Part shown: positions 59,234 through 64,000 of the stretch, in pieces
Layout: each line of letters begins with the position of its first letter
Numbering within the stretch: position 1 is the stretch's first letter
Origin: an uncultured bacterium
Lineage (GTDB): Bacteria > Armatimonadota > Abditibacteriia > Abditibacteriales > Abditibacteriaceae
Direction: 5' to 3'
NCBI GenBank assembly: GCA_963843795.1
Contig: CAWJLW010000006.1
Span: 744,001 to 808,000 of the forward strand
Length of the DNA: 64,000 bases
Notes under the pieces: generated by a model
The model's database searches: none
Seen by the model: the letters and a program-made list of their open reading frames with translations, nothing else
Told to the model about the DNA's origin: nothing
Translations under genes and position numbers: made by a program

Positions 59234-60304
59234 TTACTTGCTTTGCGCGTTCACAACAGTCTCGCGCAGCCTGAGCGAGGGCGTCCAGCGCAGTGCGACA
59301 AAGCCCACGCACAGCGGCAGCCAGAACGATAGGCCGCGATAAGCCAACACGACCACAGCGGCGCGTTCGAGCGGCACGCCAAACGAGACGAAAATCGCCG
59401 TCATCACGCCCTCGACCACGCCCAATCCTTGCGGCGTAACCGAAACCACCAAAAACAAAGTGCCCAGCGCGTAACCCGCGATCAGCATACTTGGCGTCAC
59501 TACGCGCCCCACACCGGGAAACGCCGCGAAACACGCGCCCAACACCAAAATCTCCAAGCCATCCACCAACATGGCATGACACCACGGGCGCAGAAGTTTC
59601 CCGTGCGCCCTGCGTAAAGTGCCTATGGAATTGGCAAAATTAGCAGCGAATTCAATCGTCATCGGCTCCATCAAAACTTCGCGCTTCACTACACGACGAC
59701 TAATTCCATTAACAAAGCGCGCTACACGCAGCGCCAAATTAGAAAACGCCTGCGGGCGCACGCAAACCAGCCACAGCGCGCCCAGCGCCAACACGACGCC
59801 CATCATCGGAATGGCCGAGACGGCAACCTCGTAAGGTTTTAAATCGTGCCACAAAAACAACATTACCAGGCTAAAACCAAGTAATAAAACGAACCACAAA
59901 AAGTTGAGCAAAAAATACAGGGTGTTGGCCAGAGTTACACGCCCCATGTCGAAACCACGTCGTCGCGCCTCGTCCAACAACAGCGCTGTGCCACCCAATC
60001 CAGCGGCGGGCGTCACGATATTGACGAAGTGCGCCGCCCACACAACGGGCGCCAAATCGCGCCAGCGAATTGGCAGATCGAGCAACGCATACAAAGATTG
60101 GTACAGCGCTGGTTGATTGAGCAGGGTGCCGCCCTGCAGTAGCAAAGCCAGCACGATCCATTGGATACGCCCACGTCGCAGCGTGGCGAGCAAGCTTTCG
60201 ATTTGCCCCACACGATGCACCATCAGCACAACAAAGCCCAGTAGCAGCAGGCCCACCACGATTTGACGCAAGTTGGGACGAAGGGGAGATTTCTGAACGT
60301 TCAT
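59234..60304 (-). CDS. MprF flippase-like membrane protein (LPG synthase TM / UPF0104)
   Basis: TPQGLGVVEG, VLAYRGLSFWLP; multi-TM; adjacent to the synthase gene. Confidence 0.87.
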   Translation of the reverse strand: MNVQKSPLRPNLRQIVVGLLLLGFVVLMVHRVGQIESLLATLRRGRIQWIVLALLLQGGTLLNQPALYQSLYALLDLPIRWRDLAPVVWAAHFVNIVTPAAGLGGTALLLDEARRRGFDMGRVTLANTLYFLLNFLWFVLLLGFSLVMLFLWHDLKPYEVAVSAIPMMGVVLALGALWLVCVRPQAFSNLALRVARFVNGISRRVVKREVLMEPMTIEFAANFANSIGTLRRAHGKLLRPWCHAMLVDGLEILVLGACFAAFPGVGRVVTPSMLIAGYALGTLFLVVSVTPQGLGVVEGVMTAIFVSFGVPLERAAVVVLAYRGLSFWLPLCVGFVALRWTPSLRLRETVVNAQSK

Positions 60305-60418
60305 TTTTGCTGGACCGCACAAAGTAGCGACGTTACCATTAGCTCCGACACAAATTGCAGCGTGTGGCCACTACGTTTCGACGCGTTAAGCGTGAAGCCA
60401 ATCGTTCAAAGCGTTGTA

Positions 60419-60781
60419 TTAAGTAATTTCGTATGCGATCAATCCGGCGATAATCGTCATGACGCCCAACGCGATGAGAAAAATGCGGTCGGCGATGCGC
60501 TCGAGCTTAAGCGCGCGTTCGGCATGGCGCGAGCGCAGCGAAAAATAGGACAGCAGGCACGACGCCAGAAAACCCAACGAATCTAAAGCCAGCAAATTGT
60601 CGGCGACGCCATTGATATTTTTTAATTGCTCGATTACGCGAAACAAGCCGATTCCCGTGAGACAAACACCCACCATCGTCGCCGACACGCTGAAAATATG
60701 AATACTGACATTATCTTCCCGTGCTCTTTGCGCTTCTGTGGCTGCCACATTTTCGCTATCTTGCGCCTGGTCAATTTTCAT
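60419..60781 (-). CDS. Small hypothetical membrane protein
   Basis: HIFSVSATMVGVCLTGIGL; three hydrophobic segments. Confidence 0.7.
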   Translation of the reverse strand: MKIDQAQDSENVAATEAQRAREDNVSIHIFSVSATMVGVCLTGIGLFRVIEQLKNINGVADNLLALDSLGFLASCLLSYFSLRSRHAERALKLERIADRIFLIALGVMTIIAGLIAYEIT

Positions 60782-60835
60782 GCTGATTTGGAGATAACGC
60801 CGCGAAAACCGGCTTGCAAGTACTTGCAAGACGAT

Positions 60836-62200
60836 CTAATGCGTCGCTGCGTGCCAGCGCCGCAATTCCTCATCCAAGTGAACCGCGATTTCGCTATTGT
60901 CTCCCTCACAATTCAACATCTGCATTTGACACGGATCGGCATGCAAATCGTGAAAATAATGTGGACGGTCGCCCAATTCCGGTTTGTTTTGCCACGGCAA
61001 ACCATAAAAATGTTGTGGCGTGCGAATGCCCACGCCATCGCCTCCGGTTTCCACAAAACTTCCCGCCATTTCCAGATGCGCACGTTCGCCGCGTAAAACC
61101 GGCGCGAGGCTGCGGCCGTGAGGGTGAGACGGCACTTCGCCGCCACATAAATCGAGCAGCGTCGGCATTACGTCCACCAAATTGGCGACTTGCTCTTCGA
61201 TCACGCGCTGATTTTGCAAACCCGGCACGCGCATTATCAAGGGAATACGAATCGCTTCTTCGTTCAAGCCGCCTTTTTGCACCAACCCGTGACTGCCCAG
61301 GTTATCGCCGTGATCGGAAGTGAAAATCACAATCGTTTCTTCGCTCAATCCCTGCTGTTCTATGGCGTTTACCAAACGGCCCAAGGCGTCGTCCACCCAC
61401 GTCGTCATTCCGTAATATTCGGCAATAGCCTTAAGCAAATCGTAATCGTCCGGCAATTCTTCGGTATAAGGCAAATGGAAGCCGTAATAGCGAAAATCCC
61501 AGCGATAAACTTTGAGCCAATGTTCTTCATCTTTAATCGGCACATTGAGATCGACATTGGCGCGCAGTGGAATTTCCTCAGGCCGATACATTTGCGTATA
61601 TTTATCCGGACCATCGCTAATCGGACAGTGCGGCGGCGAGAGATTGAAATACAGAAAAAACGGTTTTTCTTCTTGAGCACGCTGGACGAAAAATTGTTCG
61701 GCGCAATCGAGTTCAAAATCAACGCTCCAGCCATCGGGCACGAATTCCGGGCCACCGTTGCGCGTGAAATGTTGTGCGCTGTGGCAATGATGCACGCGCG
61801 GAATGGTGTATTCATCGAAGCCAATGTCGTGCGGCCATGAATGAATATGCCACTTCCCGATGGCCGCATTGTAATAACCACGCTCGCGCAACAGTTCGGG
61901 CAAGGTCGGGTCGGGCAAATGAGGCCGACCGGCGAACGGATATTCCGGCATTCCCATTGCGTCTTTTGCACCCGGATAAGTAAAATTAGCCGCGCCGCCC
62001 GTACAACGGCGCGGATACTGTCCCGATAAAAGGGCCGAACGCGCCGCCATGCAAACCGGATACGGTGTGATAGCAGTCTCGAAACGCACGCCACGAGCCG
62101 CCAGCGCGTCTATATTCGGTGTGCGAATCACATTATTGCCATAGCAGCCCACTTCAAAGGCGCGCAATTGATCGCAAGTGCAAAGAACAATGTTTTTCAT
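60836..62200 (-). CDS. Sulfatase family protein
   Basis: DQLR, TPNIDALA, CMAARSALLSG, GKWH, PPH, TSDHG. Confidence 0.92.
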   Translation of the reverse strand: MKNIVLCTCDQLRAFEVGCYGNNVIRTPNIDALAARGVRFETAITPYPVCMAARSALLSGQYPRRCTGGAANFTYPGAKDAMGMPEYPFAGRPHLPDPTLPELLRERGYYNAAIGKWHIHSWPHDIGFDEYTIPRVHHCHSAQHFTRNGGPEFVPDGWSVDFELDCAEQFFVQRAQEEKPFFLYFNLSPPHCPISDGPDKYTQMYRPEEIPLRANVDLNVPIKDEEHWLKVYRWDFRYYGFHLPYTEELPDDYDLLKAIAEYYGMTTWVDDALGRLVNAIEQQGLSEETIVIFTSDHGDNLGSHGLVQKGGLNEEAIRIPLIMRVPGLQNQRVIEEQVANLVDVMPTLLDLCGGEVPSHPHGRSLAPVLRGERAHLEMAGSFVETGGDGVGIRTPQHFYGLPWQNKPELGDRPHYFHDLHADPCQMQMLNCEGDNSEIAVHLDEELRRWHAATH

Positions 62201-62224
62201 AACAATTCATTGAGTGAATAATAG

Positions 62225-62272
62225 AAAAAGCGTTCTGCAAGTACTTGCGCAAGTACTTGCAGAACGCTTTTT
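62225..62272. terminator. 48-bp perfect palindrome with two tandem iterated motifs and A5/T5 ends
   Basis: AAAAAGCGTTCTGCAAGTACTTGC|GCAAGTACTTGCAGAACGCTTTTT just past the cupin stop codon. Confidence 0.75.
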
Positions 62273-62277
62273 GCGCT

Positions 62278-62634
62278 TTAAACCGCGCCACTGGTTTCGG
62301 TTTCGCGCTGTGCCGAGGAATAACAGACCAACATTACGGCATCCTGTTCGTTAGATGCGCGCGCGTTGTGCCATTCGCCTTGCGCAATCACGATGCTATC
62401 GCCCGCGCGTAGCGGGAAATTTTCGTCGCCGATGCGATGTTCTAATTGGCCTTGCAACAAATGCAATATTTCGTCGCAATTGGGATGTCGATGCAGAGTA
62501 TTGGTCTGACCCGCGCGAATCGTAACGCGGCCTAAAGTCATTGTTTCAGAATTGGCTTTGGCGTGTGAAACCAGCCATTCGATGCGTCCCCAATCAAAGT
62601 CTTCAATTATCGCGTCTTCAATTTTGCTGAGCAT
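62278..62634 (-). CDS. Cupin domain protein
   Basis: HRHPNCDE...GDSI.I..GEWHN. Confidence 0.9.
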   Translation of the reverse strand: MLSKIEDAIIEDFDWGRIEWLVSHAKANSETMTLGRVTIRAGQTNTLHRHPNCDEILHLLQGQLEHRIGDENFPLRAGDSIVIAQGEWHNARASNEQDAVMLVCYSSAQRETETSGAV

Positions 62635-63379
62635 TGGCTTCCTTCATAAATTTATCTAAGAACTTTTGTGTGTCGGCTAGACTTTGTTGCACACCCGCAC
62701 CACTTTCTTCATCAACACACAGCGGCCCGTCGTATTGGATTTCTTTCAAGGCTTTGAAAATTGGCGTGAAAGGAATTTCACCTTGTCCTAATGTTTGAAA
62801 CTGTCCCTCAGAAAAATCTTTGAGGTGTACGTTATCAATGAAAGGCGCGAATTGACGGATAATGTCCGCGATAGACGTTTCGCCTGATTTCCATAAATGC
62901 GCGGTGTCTATCGTCAAACCGACGTTTTCGGCGGTACTAAAGAAAACGCGCAAATCGTCACGCGTCATAATTGGTTGGTCGTAATGATGATGCAGCGATA
63001 ACATCACGCCATCGTGCGCGACTTCACCGGCGATTTTGCTCAAGATGCGCGCAAATTTTTCGCGGTCTGAATCTGTTGTTGCATCGTGCGGGCATCCGTG
63101 ACAAATCACCACTAAAGGTGCGCCAATTTGTCCGGCGAATTTGCACACGAGGCGCAGTTCATTTTGTCCGGCTTCATTCAATGGGCCGCCGCAAATCAGG
63201 CCCGCCGCGCTGCCGCGTTTCCACTCATTCAAATAACGCGCGGCGTCATAATCGTAGCGCGCGTATTGGCCAGCTTTGAGCTGCAAGTTTTGAAATCCAT
63301 AGCGCGCGAACTGCGAAAATAGTTCGCGCTGTTCGCTTTCATTAAAGGTTGGAATCGAAAAATGGCGTGCGTTTTTCAC
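62618..63379 (-). CDS. Sugar phosphate isomerase/epimerase (xylose isomerase-like TIM barrel)
   Basis: HHH, DTAH, VHLKD, LGQGEI, YDGPLCVDEE. Confidence 0.85.
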   Translation of the reverse strand: MKNARHFSIPTFNESEQRELFSQFARYGFQNLQLKAGQYARYDYDAARYLNEWKRGSAAGLICGGPLNEAGQNELRLVCKFAGQIGAPLVVICHGCPHDATTDSDREKFARILSKIAGEVAHDGVMLSLHHHYDQPIMTRDDLRVFFSTAENVGLTIDTAHLWKSGETSIADIIRQFAPFIDNVHLKDFSEGQFQTLGQGEIPFTPIFKALKEIQYDGPLCVDEESGAGVQQSLADTQKFLDKFMKEANAQQN

Positions 63380-64000
63380 GATGTCAGCTCTCCATTTTTC
63401 AAGTTCACCATTTGCCCGCTTTGAGCCGATTGATATGAGGCTTCCAGTAGCGCGATAGTTTTTAAGTTGTCGCGCCCACTATTGGCCGGCTTTATCTTGT
63501 TTTCTATCGCACTTAATAATTCTTCCAAACCGGCAAACGCGGATTCGGGCTTGTTCTCACCCGCATATTTTGCGTTATCCCAACGCTGCACTTCTTGGCC
63601 GCGCTTGTGCAAAGTGACGCCATTGTAATTCACAACCAGCGTGCCGGTTTCGCCGATAATTGTCGTCTCGGTCTGGTTAATCGCGCTGGAAAAACTTTGC
63701 GAATAGTTGGCGATGGTGCCGTTAGTAAATTGCAACAGCACATTGGCTTCAGTTTCGCCCGTACAATTGACGGAATCCGAGGAATGCGTTTGACAAAATA
63801 CCGAAGTCGCATCGCAATCTAAAATCCAGCGCAGGCCATCGAGCCAATGCACTCCCATCACCATCATGGCGTGGCGAGGTTGTTCGATGCGCCAACCGGC
63901 GTCCTGACGAAAAAACCAGTCGCAGTGCAAAATGTTGGAAACCGCGCCGATTTCGTCCCCTGCAATTAACTGGCGCGCAGTGTGAAACGGATAGTGAAAA
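63376..64000 (-). CDS. Gfo/Idh/MocA oxidoreductase, C-terminal part (begins beyond the window)
   Basis: MGVHWLDGLRW, IIGETG, SGRDNLKTIALLEASYQS. Confidence 0.8.
   Translation of the reverse strand, partial: FHYPFHTARQLIAGDEIGAVSNILHCDWFFRQDAGWRIEQPRHAMMVMGVHWLDGLRWILDCDATSVFCQTHSSDSVNCTGETEANVLLQFTNGTIANYSQSFSSAINQTETTIIGETGTLVVNYNGVTLHKRGQEVQRWDNAKYAGENKPESAFAGLEELLSAIENKIKPANSGRDNLKTIALLEASYQSAQSGQMVNLKNGELTS

Larger units (their letters stand above)
655..62260. repeat. Dispersed highly iterated palindrome GCAAGTACTTGC, about 41 exact copies
   Basis: Starts read by eye: 655, 2062, 2136, 4308, 5541, 6147, 6679, 8481, 11730, 15251, 15263, 17455, 20625, 20679, 22349, 25650, 26672, 28097, 28554, 29255, 29637, 32193, 34112, 34591, 35068, 37635, 39307, 40823, 41846, 42625, 46355, 48005, 50236, 52760, 53951, 56903, 57347, 58747, 60816, 62237, 62249. 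Near-matches at about 10406, 25068, 39382, 45050, 46648 and 52266. Confidence 0.95.

Overview
A moderately GC-rich bacterial chromosomal window. Gene content (Firmicutes-like ffh-rpsP-khpA order together with a lipid A cluster) suggests a diderm Terrabacteria lineage such as Armatimonadota/Abditibacteriota; this is inference only. Housekeeping content includes khpA, rpsP, ffh, ftsY, cysH, two-component systems, oligopeptide ABC ATPases, era, xylA, a lipid A cluster (FabZ-LpxA fusion, lpxB, msbA, DUF374-WaaA fusion, lpxK, lpxL, a kinase), dGTPase, a split MprF locus with three esterases, and a sulfatase/sugar catabolism block. Three things stand out. (1) A candidate retron system at 46.4-53.8 kb: a stand-alone structured ncRNA (outer inverted repeats, short stem-loops, a perfect 26-bp stem) with its own putative promoter and terminator, followed by a separate operon encoding a 1076-aa orphan protein, a SWIM-finger/BRCT protein and a 480-aa retron-type reverse transcriptase (NAxxH, YADD, VTG). 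(2) A highly iterated 12-bp palindrome, GCAAGTACTTGC: I counted about 41 exact copies by eye, intergenic, in hairpin cores and inside genes in all three frames. (3) A REP/RAYT island at 4.3-9.2 kb in which GTAG-type REP doublets delimit a restriction-modification gene, the RAYT gene and a Uma2 nuclease gene. Single-base homopolymer frameshifts in era and lpxK point to assembly errors, so pseudogene calls are tentative.
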